DNA of 64,000 nt from Akkermansiaceae bacterium (GCA_051251915.1 JBPOGF010000002.1:215663-279662), one strand, 5' to 3'. Counted from the stretch's first letter, positions 1 to 10,543 are shown. Notes: a model not told the origin generated them from the sequence alone. A program made the numbers and translations.

Positions 1-157
1 ATTGGCAGCCTTGGATGAGTTTGTCTGTGGTTTTGAGGGAGTCTTCCATGGGGGGGAGTTTTTTGCCAAGGGAGATGACGTATTCGTAGCGTTCGGTCCA
101 GTCTTGGAAGATGGAGAGGTTGTCTAGGAGTTCGGCTTGTGCTTGTTGGATGGTCAT
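1..157 (-). CDS. sufE: SufE family Fe-S cluster assembly sulfur-acceptor protein (5' part; runs off the window start)
   Basis: Not in the ORF track; manual translation from ATG at 157 gives MTIQQAQAELLDNLSIFQDWTERYEYVISLGKKLPPMEDSLKTTDKLIQGCQ, with the SufE-like DWxERYxY.I.LGK and I.GCQ motifs. Confidence 0.9.
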   Translation of the reverse strand, partial: MTIQQAQAELLDNLSIFQDWTERYEYVISLGKKLPPMEDSLKTTDKLIQGCQ

Positions 158-251
158 TTTGAATTGATTATTGAATAGTGGAGATTGATTATTGGCTTGG
201 TGCTTTGGTGGCTTGGGAGATTGGAAATCTCGGGCACGTTGGTGGCTGGGG

Positions 252-1505
252 TTATTTTTGTTTGGCTAGGGATTTTGAGATTAGGGCTTTTAGGGAGAGG
301 CCTTGGACGGCGATGGAGAAGATGACGATGATGTAGGTGACTACGAGGATGTGGGTACGGGCATCGCCGGCTTCTTTGGGGATGGCTAGTGCTAGGGCTA
401 CTGAGATGCCTCCACGGATGCCTCCCCAGGTGAGGATCTTGACGACTCCGGGGGTGAATTCTTTGCCCATTTTGCTGAGTAGGCCGACGGTGGCTCCTGA
501 GGAGATGAATCTGACTGCTAGGGAGACTGGGATGAGGATGAGGCCGGCGATGATGACTGGGGTGGAGAAGTCTAGGATGAATATTTCTAGTCCGATGAGG
601 AGGAAGAGGACTGAGTTTAGGATTTCATCGATGAGTTCCCAGAAGGTGTCGATGTTTGATCTGGTTTGCTCTGACATGGCGTTTTCACGGGCGTGGTTAC
701 CGATCATGAGTCCGGCGATGACCATGGCGAGTGGGCCGCTGAGGTGGTAGCTCATGGCGAGGTTGTAGCCTGCGGTGACGAGGGCTAGGGTGAGGAGGAC
801 TTCTACGTGGTAGTTGTCGATGGATTTGAGCATTTTGTAGCAGATGTAACCTAGGATGAGTCCTAGGATGATGCCGCCGCCTGCTTCTATGAGGAAGTCT
901 GTGGCTACTCCGCCGATGGTGACGTTGCCGATGCCTGTGGTGGCGATGCCAACGAGGACGAGGTAGATGACGACTCCTACGCCGTCGTTGAAGAGGGATT
1001 CTCCGGTGATTTTGGTTTCTAGGGACTTGGGTGCACCTGCTGTCTTGAGGATGCCGAGGACGGCGACTGGGTCGGTGGGGGCGATGAGTGCGCCGAAGAC
1101 GAGGCACCATGCGTATGGGATGTGGACGTCTAGCATGCCGAAGATGTAGTAGGCTGCGGTGCCGACGGCGAAGGTGCTGACGGTGACTCCGATGGTGGCC
1201 ATGATGGCGACGATGCGTTTCTGGAGCTTGAGCTGGTGGAGGTTTACGTGGAGAGCGCCGGCGAAGAGGAGGTAACTGAGCATGCCGTTCATGAGTGCTT
1301 CGTTGAAGTCGATGGAGGCGACGAAGGCTTCTGCGGAGTCATCGAATGTGGGGATGAATTGTCCGACGGCGATCATGACGAGGCTGGCGACGAGGGAGAT
1401 GAGCATGATGCCGATGGTGACTGGGAGCTTGATCCAGCGATGATTTACGTAGGCGAAGAGTGCTGCGAGGGTGAGTAGGATGGCGGTGATGTCGAGGAAG
1501 TTCAT
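252..1505 (-). CDS. Na+/H+ antiporter, CPA1/NhaP family
   Basis: 417 aa polytopic membrane protein with FGALIAPTDPVAV, GESLFNDG and TWGGIRGGIS motifs. Confidence 0.93.
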   Translation of the reverse strand: MNFLDITAILLTLAALFAYVNHRWIKLPVTIGIMLISLVASLVMIAVGQFIPTFDDSAEAFVASIDFNEALMNGMLSYLLFAGALHVNLHQLKLQKRIVAIMATIGVTVSTFAVGTAAYYIFGMLDVHIPYAWCLVFGALIAPTDPVAVLGILKTAGAPKSLETKITGESLFNDGVGVVIYLVLVGIATTGIGNVTIGGVATDFLIEAGGGIILGLILGYICYKMLKSIDNYHVEVLLTLALVTAGYNLAMSYHLSGPLAMVIAGLMIGNHARENAMSEQTRSNIDTFWELIDEILNSVLFLLIGLEIFILDFSTPVIIAGLILIPVSLAVRFISSGATVGLLSKMGKEFTPGVVKILTWGGIRGGISVALALAIPKEAGDARTHILVVTYIIVIFSIAVQGLSLKALISKSLAKQK

Positions 1506-1615
1506 GGGTGTTGGTAATGTGGTCTGGGGGGATAGTGGGGTGAGTGGGGGAGGAAATCAAGCCGAGGGATGTTTTTTTGATGTTGAAATGGAGTGGTGAG
1601 TGTTTAAGTAGTGGT

Positions 1616-2425
1616 ATGCAACAATATCATGATCTACTGAGGGATGTCTTGGAGAACGGGGAGAGCCGTGGGGATAGGACGGGGACGGGGACGTTGTCGG
1701 TTTTTGGTAGGCAGGCTCGGTATGATCTGCGGGAGGGGTTTCCGTGTTTGACGACGAAGAAGTTGCATTTGCGGTCCATTATTCATGAGTTGTTGTGGTT
1801 TCTGAAGGGGGATACGAATATTTCTTATTTGCAGGAGAATGGGGTGAAGATCTGGGATGAGTGGGCTGATGAGAATGGTGATCTGGGGCCGGTGTATGGT
1901 CAGCAGTGGCGTGCGTGGGCTAAGGATGATGGGACGGTGGTGGATCAGATTGCTAGACTTATTGATGATTTGAAGAATAATCCTACTTCTAGGCGGCATT
2001 TGGTGTCTGCTTGGAATGTGGGGAAGGTGGATGAGATGGCGTTGCCGCCGTGTCATTTGTTATTTCAGTTTTATGTTCATGATGTGGGGAGTGAGCGTCC
2101 GGGGTTGAGTTGTCAGTTGTATCAGCGGAGTGCGGATTTGTTTTTGGGGGTGCCGTTTAATATCGCGAGTTATGCTTTGTTTGTGATGATGATAGCGCAG
2201 GTTTTGGGGTATGAGGCGCGGGATTTTGTGCATAGTTTTGGGGATTTGCATTTGTATAATAATCATTTGGATCAGGCGAAGTTGCAGTTGACGCGGGAGT
2301 GTAGGCCGCTGCCTAGGATGTGGGTGAATCCGGAGGTGAAGGATATTGATGGGTTTGTGTTTGAGGATTTTAGGTTGGAGGATTATGATCCGCATCCGCA
2401 TATCAAGGCGGCGGTTTCGGTTTGA
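1616..2425 (+). CDS. thyA: Thymidylate synthase
   Basis: DRTGTGT, ELLWFL, MALPPCH and [14 protein letters not shown] motifs; start moved to ATG 1616 (MQQYHDLL). Confidence 0.98.
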   Translation: MQQYHDLLRDVLENGESRGDRTGTGTLSVFGRQARYDLREGFPCLTTKKLHLRSIIHELLWFLKGDTNISYLQENGVKIWDEWADENGDLGPVYGQQWRAWAKDDGTVVDQIARLIDDLKNNPTSRRHLVSAWNVGKVDEMALPPCHLLFQFYVHDVGSERPGLSCQLYQRSADLFLGVPFNIASYALFVMMIAQVLGYEARDFVHSFGDLHLYNNHLDQAKLQLTRECRPLPRMWVNPEVKDIDGFVFEDFRLEDYDPHPHIKAAVSV

Positions 2426-2605
2426 GGAAGTTTAGAGGTTAAGTAGAAAGGGTGAAGGCTTGGTGTTGTCTTGTATGACGGCTTTGTCGTATGCGATTTA
2501 TTTTTTTGGGATGATTGATTTTGGTGATGGTTTGATCTTTATTATCGATGGGGGTTTTGGGATTAGTTTGTGGTCAAGGGGTTGAGTGGGGTGTATGGTG
2601 GGTGG

Positions 2606-5200
2606 ATGAAAAATTTAATGACTGGGGTTGCTTTGTTGGTTTGTGGGTTTGGGGGTGAGGTTGTGTGTGCGGAGTCTTATGTGGTTGCTTTACGGGAGTT
2701 GGATTTTGTGGATGAGGGTGTGGATTTAGAGAAGTTGTTAGAGGGTGAGCGGGGGTATGGTCAGTGGGATTTAAGGAGGGAGCCTAATATGTGTGCGCGG
2801 ACGCCGGATGGGGTGATGGTGTATATTGCTCCGAGGTCTGATACGGGTAGGCGTGAGAAGAGGGGGGACAGTATGGTGGTGGTTGAGATGGGGGAGGATA
2901 GGGTGTTTTCTGGGGTGGTGGATATTGATCATGGGTATAAGCCTGGGGTGAGTTCGTTTGAGTTTAGCTTTGATCCTGAGAGGTATGAGGTGGGTAAGAA
3001 GGAGGAGGTGGAGCGGGTTAAGAAGACGCATTATCATTTGTTGGCGCGGTCTGGTTACTTGGGGGCTCCTTTGTTTAACGAGATGGCGGGTGGGGTGAAA
3101 TTTGGTAGGGATGTGGTGAGAGTGCGGAATGTGAGGGATGATTTTTCGTTTTATTCTGGGGGGCGGGCGATTTCTGATAATTTGGCATTGGATAGGGAGT
3201 TGAGGTTGATGAGGGATGATGTGGATGCGAAGGTGGATGTTGGGACGTTGGAGGGGATAAAGACGAAGGCGATTGATTGGAAGGATTTGATGCCAGAGGT
3301 GGATGTTGAGATTGATGGGTTGGCGATGTTGGTGCCGGAAGATCAGCATGTTTTGATCTGTCCTTCGCTGGCGGAGATGGAGAAGATAGTGGCTATGGTG
3401 GAGAAGGAGGGGGCGTCGTTGTTTCAGGGGTTCACGGTGAGGAATCCGTTTAGGACGTTGCCTAGTAGATATAAGGTGCAGCTTGGGCTGAATTTTCCTA
3501 CGGCGTTTGCTAAGCTTGCGCCGGTGAAGTCTGTGGCGGTGACGGGGTATGATCCGTTTTTTCCTACGGGGACGGATGTGGCTGTGTTGTTAGAGTCTGA
3601 TAATCCTGGGTTGTTATTTAAGATGTTAGATGGTTTGAATAAGTCTCAAGATAAGGAGTTGGCTTTGGTGGGGGATGTGGTTGTGGTGGCGAATTCTAAG
3701 GCGCAGTTGGATAGGATAAGGGAGGTGCATGCGGGGAAGGTGGCTAGTCTGGGGTCGCTGGATGAGTATAAGTTTTTTCGTCATCGGTATCCGGTAGCGG
3801 AGAAGCGGAGTGGGTTTGTGTTTCTTTCTGATGGGTGTATTCGTCGTTGGGGGGGGCCAAGGATGCGGATAGCGGCGTCACGTAGGACGAAGTCTGTAGC
3901 GGCGCTGAGTGGTCTAACAGCTCGGAGTATTTCTGAGGGTAAGGTTGGGGAGTTGAGTATGGATCAGGAGTTTCTGTTAGGTGAGGTGAGTGTGAAGGAT
4001 GGGGTGGTGGTGAGTGAGAAGATGGGGAGTCTGCATTTTATGACTCCGAGTATAGAGATGGTGATGGATAAGGTGACGAAGACTGAGGCGGATGCGTATG
4101 CGGAGTGGAAGCGTGGGTATGAGGATGGGTGGAGTAAGGTGTTTGATCCGATTGGTTTTAGTTTTGATTTAGATGAGAAGACTAAGGAGCTGGATCTGAC
4201 GGTGATGCCGTTGACGGTGAATAATGAGTATGATGATTTTATCGAGCTTGTGGGGAAGGCGGTGCTTTCTAGGGAGGCTAGGTTTGCGGAGGATGAGCAT
4301 GTTATTACTGCTTCGCTGGCTATTGATAAGGAAGGGGAGACTTTGTTTGGGGTGAATAGGTCATTGAGTGGGTTGATGCAGGATTTGAAGGTGGAGCCGT
4401 TGTCGTGGTTGGGGAGTTCGGTTACGGTGTTTGCTGAGAAGGATGAGAGCTGGAGGAAGTTTGGGAGTGATGAGTGGTCATTTGATGAGCATTTCATGAA
4501 GGCTCCGATAGGGTTGAGGGTGGAGCATACGAGTCAGATTAAGTTGGCGGCATTTTTGCTGGCTGTGAAAAGTACTGTTGCGCAGGCGGCACCGGATGCA
4601 GTGAAGTGGGATACGAGGAAGCATGGTGAGGTGACTTATGCGGTGGTGAGTTCTGAGGAGGATTTGGGGCTGGATGATGAGGTGAAGCTTTATTATGTGA
4701 TCACGAAGAATACGCTCACTTTTACTTTACGAGAGGATGTGATAAAGCGTGAGATAGATAGGCAGAAGTTGGAACGGAAGCTGGCCTTAACGCCGATTCA
4801 AGAGAGTGCGGATCATTTTTATTTGAAGGCTAGTGGTCAGATGTTGATGGCGTTGTCATCAGTGGATGGGGCGAGCTTTTCTGAGAGGAGAAGAGAGCAG
4901 AGTTATAGGGCTATTGCTGTTCTGAATGAGTGGAAGAGAAGGTTTGATGCTGCTGATCCAGTGGGAGCTCATTTTACTAAGTTTGGAGAGGATGTTTTCT
5001 GTCCAGGTGGGAAGGGTTATGTCTGGAATGCGGAGGGGATGACGATGGAGTCTGTGGTTTATGGTTATCCTGCAAAGCCTAAGAAGGTGGAGGATGATGG
5101 CTTGCTGATGGGGTTATTTGGTGAGGTGGAGAGCTCGATGAAGTTTGAGAATGATGGGCTGCGAGTGAGATTGAAGGTGTCTGGGGCGACTGATGAATAG
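2606..5200 (+). CDS. Large secreted hypothetical protein
   Basis: Long ORF with host-like codon bias; signal-peptide-like N-terminus from ATG 2606 (MKNLMTGVALLVCG...); C-terminal CPGGKGY motif; no function recognised. Confidence 0.8.
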   Translation: MKNLMTGVALLVCGFGGEVVCAESYVVALRELDFVDEGVDLEKLLEGERGYGQWDLRREPNMCARTPDGVMVYIAPRSDTGRREKRGDSMVVVEMGEDRVFSGVVDIDHGYKPGVSSFEFSFDPERYEVGKKEEVERVKKTHYHLLARSGYLGAPLFNEMAGGVKFGRDVVRVRNVRDDFSFYSGGRAISDNLALDRELRLMRDDVDAKVDVGTLEGIKTKAIDWKDLMPEVDVEIDGLAMLVPEDQHVLICPSLAEMEKIVAMVEKEGASLFQGFTVRNPFRTLPSRYKVQLGLNFPTAFAKLAPVKSVAVTGYDPFFPTGTDVAVLLESDNPGLLFKMLDGLNKSQDKELALVGDVVVVANSKAQLDRIREVHAGKVASLGSLDEYKFFRHRYPVAEKRSGFVFLSDGCIRRWGGPRMRIAASRRTKSVAALSGLTARSISEGKVGELSMDQEFLLGEVSVKDGVVVSEKMGSLHFMTPSIEMVMDKVTKTEADAYAEWKRGYEDGWSKVFDPIGFSFDLDEKTKELDLTVMPLTVNNEYDDFIELVGKAVLSREARFAEDEHVITASLAIDKEGETLFGVNRSLSGLMQDLKVEPLSWLGSSVTVFAEKDESWRKFGSDEWSFDEHFMKAPIGLRVEHTSQIKLAAFLLAVKSTVAQAAPDAVKWDTRKHGEVTYAVVSSEEDLGLDDEVKLYYVITKNTLTFTLREDVIKREIDRQKLERKLALTPIQESADHFYLKASGQMLMALSSVDGASFSERRREQSYRAIAVLNEWKRRFDAADPVGAHFTKFGEDVFCPGGKGYVWNAEGMTMESVVYGYPAKPKKVEDDGLLMGLFGEVESSMKFENDGLRVRLKVSGATDE

Positions 5201-5365
5201 TAGCTGTTGGTGCATATTAGATCCACATCCAAAAGTCTGTATGCCTATCTTAGGGTAAGAATTTCCAATCTCTACGTTACTGATCAGTCACGGAGCCTTG
5301 AACTAGACAAAAATTCCTTGCACCAGTGGCTACCATTTTATTTAAGATGCACTAAAATCTGAGGC

Positions 5366-5406
5366 AAAAAAATAAGCCATTCCGTATGATGCGGAATGGC
5401 TTATTT
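5366..5406 (-). terminator. Rho-independent terminator between convergent genes
   Basis: AAATAAGCCATTCCG...CGGAATGGCTTATTT inverted repeat with an A-run at 5366-5372 (U-tract on the - strand). Confidence 0.8.
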
Positions 5407-5429
5407 GTTAGATGGTGTTTTTTAGGCTA

Positions 5430-6641
5430 CTAGAGCTTCTTGATGGCTTTTTTGAATTCAGCGATCATTTCTTGGAAGTTCTCTGTGCTGCGTCCTGAGA
5501 GGTGGATGCCTTCTTCTGTTCTGCCTAGGGTGGAGACGTATCCTACGGTGATGTCCTTGAGGCTTTTGACTGCTGTATCGACTGCTTCTTTTTCATCAGC
5601 GCCGAGTCCTTCGATCATGCCATTTGCGGTAGCGATGCCGTGGAGACGGAGTAGGAGGTCAGCGAAGTCCTTGGACATGTAGGTCATGGTGTTTCCTTTT
5701 TGAGGGAGACTTTCCATGGTTCCTTTGTATGCGGGGCTTTTGGCGAGTGTGTCTGTGCCGCTCATGCTGCGCTGGAGGAACTCTGGTGATGATGAGATCC
5801 AGATCTGGTTGTTGACTTTATCTATAGCAAAGAGTGGTGAGTAGCCCATGAACTGTGCTGCCATTTCGTCTGGCAGTCTGTAGGTGGTGACTCCGCCTTC
5901 TTCTTTCTTTTGGAATGGCATTCCTGACTCAGCGATGAAGTCATCGCCCATCTTGTCCCAGAGCCAAGTAAGGCCATCGAGACGAGCAACGATGCGTGGT
6001 TTGTCTAGTTCGCCGACCATAGGTAGAGCCATTTTGACTTTGTCATCGAGGTCGATGGCTAGATTGACGCGGACATTAAGCTCACGGAGGAGTTCTGAGA
6101 CAGACATTTCTAGATCAGGGATTTTCTCAAGCATTCCTTCTTCGAAGTCTTGCTGATCTTCTTGAGGGGCATTGCCTGCTTTCATGACGTTTCTGATGAG
6201 GTCCTCGACGGTTCTGAGGTCTAGGTCCATTTGGAGGACGAGGTCAGATCCGGCAGGGCTCATTAGTGGGGCTGAGAATTCTGCGTCTTTTTTGCCGAGT
6301 AGTGAGAAGATTCCTTTATCTGATCCGCCGTTGTGGAGGAACATGAGGTTTTTCCATTCTGTGCCTACTTTTTCTGAGCTCATGGCGTAGGAGGTGATGT
6401 CTCCGAGGCCTAGGGCATTGAGGATGGCTTTGCCGTCTACTTCTTGACCTTCTTTTTTGGCTTGCTCGTTGATCAGTGCGGCGAGTTGGTCGAATAGCTC
6501 GTTTGCTGGTTTGGCTTCGGTGAATTCTGCATTGATGTTGATCTTTGATGCTGCAGGTACGTCAGCGACGGCTTGTCCCCATGATGATGTGCTAGCGGCT
6601 AGTGAGATAGCTGGTAGCATGAATAGGTATTTCTTTTTCAT
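5430..6641 (-). CDS. Secreted hypothetical protein
   Basis: 403 aa ORF with signal peptide MKKKYLFMLPAISLAASTSSWG; no motif recognised. Confidence 0.8.
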   Translation of the reverse strand: MKKKYLFMLPAISLAASTSSWGQAVADVPAASKININAEFTEAKPANELFDQLAALINEQAKKEGQEVDGKAILNALGLGDITSYAMSSEKVGTEWKNLMFLHNGGSDKGIFSLLGKKDAEFSAPLMSPAGSDLVLQMDLDLRTVEDLIRNVMKAGNAPQEDQQDFEEGMLEKIPDLEMSVSELLRELNVRVNLAIDLDDKVKMALPMVGELDKPRIVARLDGLTWLWDKMGDDFIAESGMPFQKKEEGGVTTYRLPDEMAAQFMGYSPLFAIDKVNNQIWISSSPEFLQRSMSGTDTLAKSPAYKGTMESLPQKGNTMTYMSKDFADLLLRLHGIATANGMIEGLGADEKEAVDTAVKSLKDITVGYVSTLGRTEEGIHLSGRSTENFQEMIAEFKKAIKKL

Positions 6642-6912
6642 TGTTTTCGTTGTTTGGTTGGTATGTGTTTAAGTATTAGAGCTTCATCGGATGGTGTTTC
6701 TTTCTGTGCTTATTTAGTAACTAATTACGGGTAGGTTACAACTAAGTAATAATAATATGACGGTGATTTATGGGGGGAGTAGGTCATAGGTGATATTTTA
6801 GTGAGAGTAAAACTTGCCTCTAACTTTGCTCTAAGGAATGGGGATTTGGGTGAATGGTGTTAGAGGTAAGTTTTCTCTTTTCTTGTCAGAGATGTGGAGT
6901 AGTTTAGTAGTT

Positions 6913-8313
6913 ATGAAACTAAAATTTTGTGGAGCAGCAGGAACGACAACAGGGTCTCAGCATCTGTTAGAGGTTAATGGACAGAAGATTTTGTTAGATT
7001 GTGGATTGTATCAAGGTAGGAGGCATGATGCTTATGAGGTGAACTGTTGTTTTCCTCATTTTAAGCCAGAGGAGATAGATAGTGTGGTGCTGAGTCACGC
7101 GCATATTGATCATAGTGGAAATCTTCCTAACCTAACAAAGCGTGGTTTCAAAGGGAATATTTATGCTACTTTTGCGACGAGGGATCTGTGTCAGATCATG
7201 CTTGCTGATAGTGCTTATATACAGGAGAAGGATGTGGAGTGGCTGAATAAGAAGCGTAAGAAGAAGGATTTGCCACCAGTGGAGCCGCTTTATTTGGGTG
7301 TAGATGCGGAGTTGTGTTTGAGGCAGTTTGTCAATGTGGGGTATGGAAGGCCGTTGATTATTGGTAAGGGTGTGACGATGCAGTTTGTAGACGCAGGGCA
7401 TATTTTAGGGAGTGCTCAGGTTGTATTAGATATTGAGGATGAGTCTGATGGTAAGAAGAAAAGGTTGCTGTTCTCTGGCGATGTGGGGAGAGGGGATAAT
7501 GATATTTTACGTGATCCTGTAGCGGTGGAAGATGTGGATTATCTTTTGATGGAGAGTACCTATGGTGGACGTGAGCATGAGCTTGGGACGCGAGCCGACG
7601 CGAAGATTGCATCGATCGTGAATAGGGCTCTGGAGCGTGGGGGTAAGATTATTATTCCTGCCTTTGCGGTGGAGCGGACTCAGCAGTTGTTGTATGTATT
7701 GCACCAGTTATTTGAGGATGGTTCTATTCCAGATGTTCCGGTGTTTGTGGATAGTCCGTTGGCGGTTAATGCGACGGAAATTTTCCGATTGCATCCTGAG
7801 TGCTTTAACAAAGAGATCTATAGATTTTTGTTTGAGAAGTCAGATCCATTTGGTTTTGAAGGGTTAACATTGATACGTAGTGTGAATGGTTCTAAGGATC
7901 TTAACAGGCGTGAGGGGCAGGCGATTATTATTTCTGCATCAGGGATGTGTGAGGCGGGGAGGATACTCCATCATCTCAAAAATAGCATTGATGATCCTAA
8001 GAATACGATTTTGTTTGTGGGTTACTGTGCGGAGAATACGCTGGGGTGGAAGATCCGTGAGGGGTGGGATGAGGTGAAGATTTTTGGTCAGCCTTATCCG
8101 CTTAGGGCGAATGTGGAGATCATGGATTCATTTTCTGGTCATGCGGATCATTCTGAGTTGATTGATTATTTTAATGCTATGACTGGACCGAAGAAAAAAG
8201 TCTGGTTGATTCATGGTGAGCAGAGTAGAAGTGAGAGCTTCTGCGAGGCACTGAAGGAAGTTCACAATGGTGAGATCAGTGTGGGTGTACTCGGTGAAGA
8301 AGTTGAATTTTAG
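6913..8313 (+). CDS. MBL-fold beta-CASP metallo-hydrolase (RNA-processing nuclease family)
   Basis: SHAHIDHSG, AGHILGSA, FSGDVG, MESTYG and FSGHAD motifs; start moved to ATG 6913. Confidence 0.93.
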   Translation: MKLKFCGAAGTTTGSQHLLEVNGQKILLDCGLYQGRRHDAYEVNCCFPHFKPEEIDSVVLSHAHIDHSGNLPNLTKRGFKGNIYATFATRDLCQIMLADSAYIQEKDVEWLNKKRKKKDLPPVEPLYLGVDAELCLRQFVNVGYGRPLIIGKGVTMQFVDAGHILGSAQVVLDIEDESDGKKKRLLFSGDVGRGDNDILRDPVAVEDVDYLLMESTYGGREHELGTRADAKIASIVNRALERGGKIIIPAFAVERTQQLLYVLHQLFEDGSIPDVPVFVDSPLAVNATEIFRLHPECFNKEIYRFLFEKSDPFGFEGLTLIRSVNGSKDLNRREGQAIIISASGMCEAGRILHHLKNSIDDPKNTILFVGYCAENTLGWKIREGWDEVKIFGQPYPLRANVEIMDSFSGHADHSELIDYFNAMTGPKKKVWLIHGEQSRSESFCEALKEVHNGEISVGVLGEEVEF

Positions 8314-8326
8314 TAAGTAAGGAAAG

Positions 8327-8821
8327 ATGTCTGAGAAAAAGAAAGTGCTGTTTGTATGCACGGGAAACACTTGTCGGAGCCCGATGGCTGAAGGATTATT
8401 TAGGAAATTAGTGGCGGAAAAGTCTGATTATGAAGTACTGGGTTCCGCTGGAGTGTCTGCTTACCCTGGTGATAGGATAAGTCCAGAGACGGTTGTGGTG
8501 CTGAAGCAGCAAGCTGCAGATGAGGCGATGAGAGATTTTCGTAGTCGTCCAGTGGATGAGGAGTTGTTAGATAGTGCTACTCATGTTTTTGCGATGACTG
8601 AAAGCCACTTGGATATGTTAGTGCAGGCCTTTCCTGATTATGCTGAGAAGTGTAACTTGGTGTGTGATTTTATATCGTTTAACGGGAAAGTTGGAATGGA
8701 TGTGCCTGATCCAATAGGGCAAGGTTCTAGAGCTTATAAGGCTGTGGCACAGGTGTTTGAGCATGCATTGCCTGCGCTGATTATGTTTATGAATGGTGAG
8801 TTAGAGGAGGATCTGAATTAG
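8327..8821 (+). CDS. Low-molecular-weight protein tyrosine/arginine phosphatase
   Basis: P-loop VCTGNTCRSPMAE and DVPDPIG. Confidence 0.93.
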   Translation: MSEKKKVLFVCTGNTCRSPMAEGLFRKLVAEKSDYEVLGSAGVSAYPGDRISPETVVVLKQQAADEAMRDFRSRPVDEELLDSATHVFAMTESHLDMLVQAFPDYAEKCNLVCDFISFNGKVGMDVPDPIGQGSRAYKAVAQVFEHALPALIMFMNGELEEDLN

Positions 8822-8831
8822 TTAACTGATT

Positions 8832-9113
8832 ATGAGTGGGAGAAGTGAACAGAGACTGTCTACAGCGAAGAATGTGATGGTAGATTCACTAACCCTTTTT
8901 GATGAGATAATGGAGGCTATCAATGAGAGCTTGGTGTGTCTCAAGCCTTGGTTAGAGCATAGGATAGATGAGCATTTGACGATAGGTGGGATTCTGGGTG
9001 GTCTTAGGAAGACACTGGAATCGATTAAGGAGAGATCACTCACGGGGTCACTCGAAGACTGGGTTACGAGTTTCGTAGAAAAGCATGAGTCGATGGGGGG
9101 TAGATTATGTTGA
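8832..9113 (+). CDS. Small hypothetical protein
   Basis: 93 aa ATG ORF starting 10 bp after the phosphatase stop; no motif recognised. Confidence 0.35.
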   Translation: MSGRSEQRLSTAKNVMVDSLTLFDEIMEAINESLVCLKPWLEHRIDEHLTIGGILGGLRKTLESIKERSLTGSLEDWVTSFVEKHESMGGRLC

Positions 9114-9350
9114 ATAGGCTTTATGTTGTTGTAATTGAGGTTTTATGTTTTTTGGTGTAAGGAATGAAATGTCATATAAGATATAGTCCGCATTAGGTAG
9201 TGGGTTTTGATACCTATGGTAAGCTAAGTTTCTTACTGGTTTATAAAGGTTAAATAGGCCTCTTTGGATCATCTTAAACTATCCTGCTAACATCTCATAA
9301 ACGTTGCTGTTAGAACTGCTGGCAAGAAGCGGGAGAGGCTTGAACCAAAT

Positions 9351-9385
9351 AAAAAAGCACTTTATCCCAATGTGGGATAAAGTGC
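9351..9385 (-). terminator. Rho-independent terminator
   Basis: Perfect 13-bp stem GCACTTTATCCCA/TGGGATAAAGTGC with A6 on the left (U-tract on the - strand). Confidence 0.8.
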
Positions 9386-9822
9386 CTCCTAAACAGTTAG
9401 TAGCACACAATAATTTACCTACTAAAGGTTGGATATCACCTTGCTTCGGGGCGTGTTCATTTTTAGTTTTGTGTTAGGCCAAAGTTTAAAAATGAAGTTG
9501 TCCCGTATTCAGGTTAACAAAGCAAAAGACACTGATGAATCGTTGATTCGGGTTAGAAATGTTCACATTCATAGTATTATTTGTTGTCCACTATTATTAC
9601 TTTAGAACCTATACTTTGTCTATATTTTGATGAAAAAAGACGTATATTTATCCAGATAGGGTATTATTTGTGTGTGTGTAATGTTAACAAATAGAGTTGA
9701 TTGTGGTTTTTTTATTGATTGGTTTGATAGTGGTCCATATGTGTGATTAGGAGCTTTAATACAGAACAGCACCTCATTTATTTGTGGGTATTTCCCCTAA
9801 TACGTTGTGGGCTAGCCACTTT

Positions 9823-10494
9823 TTACTCTAGAAGGTCTGGACGATTGAGCTTGGTTCTCTCTAGTGCTTTTACTTTTTTCCAGCTTTCTATTTTGGCATG
9901 ATTACCGCTGAGGAGAATCTCGGGGACGTTGAGGCCGTTGAAGTTGTTGGGTTTTGTGTAGGCAGGGGCTTCTAGGAGGTTTGGGTCTGAGAAGGATTCG
10001 TCTTGGTGTGAGCGTTCGTCGCCTAGTGCCCCTGGGAGGAGGCGGATGATGGCGTCTGAGAGTACGGCTGCGGCGATGGCTCCATTGGTGAGGACGTAGT
10101 CTCCGATGGAGATTTCGTCGTCAATGAGCTCGTCAATGACTCTGTGATCAACTCCTTCGTAGTGACCGCAGAGTATGATGAGGTGTTTTTCTTCCGAGTA
10201 GGTCTGGGCCATGGCTTGTTTGAATGGCTTGCCTTGGGGGGTCATGAGAAGAGTGCGGCTGTGTTCTGTGCTGAGCTCGGCGATGGCGGCGAATATGGGG
10301 CCGGGCTTGAGTAGCATTCCTTGGCCTCCGCCACAGAGGTAGTCGTCAGTTTTTTTGTGTTTGTCTGTGGCCCAGTCTCTGAGGTTATGGGCATAGACTT
10401 CTACGATTCCAGCCGCTTGAGCGCGCTTGATGATACTTTCGTTGAGCGGAGCTAGAGCGATTTCTGGGAATAGTGTGATGATGTCGATGCGCAT
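9823..10494 (-). CDS. trmD: tRNA (guanine-N1)-methyltransferase
   Basis: [29 protein letters not shown] and [10 protein letters not shown] motifs. Confidence 0.98.
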   Translation of the reverse strand: MRIDIITLFPEIALAPLNESIIKRAQAAGIVEVYAHNLRDWATDKHKKTDDYLCGGGQGMLLKPGPIFAAIAELSTEHSRTLLMTPQGKPFKQAMAQTYSEEKHLIILCGHYEGVDHRVIDELIDDEISIGDYVLTNGAIAAAVLSDAIIRLLPGALGDERSHQDESFSDPNLLEAPAYTKPNNFNGLNVPEILLSGNHAKIESWKKVKALERTKLNRPDLLE

Positions 10495-10543
10495 GTCGGT
10501 GATTGAAGTTGGCTTACTCTTACGTTCTACTATGATTTTGACT

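Noticed and set aside
9168..9197. Faintly dif-like sequence (ATGTCATATAAGATATAGTCCGCATT)
   Set aside because: The arms and 6-bp spacing do not fit XerC/XerD consensus, and the skew does not change here
9114..9822. AT-rich gap as a possible oriC
   Set aside because: No DnaA-box cluster and no skew inversion; part of the gap is better explained by a small transcript
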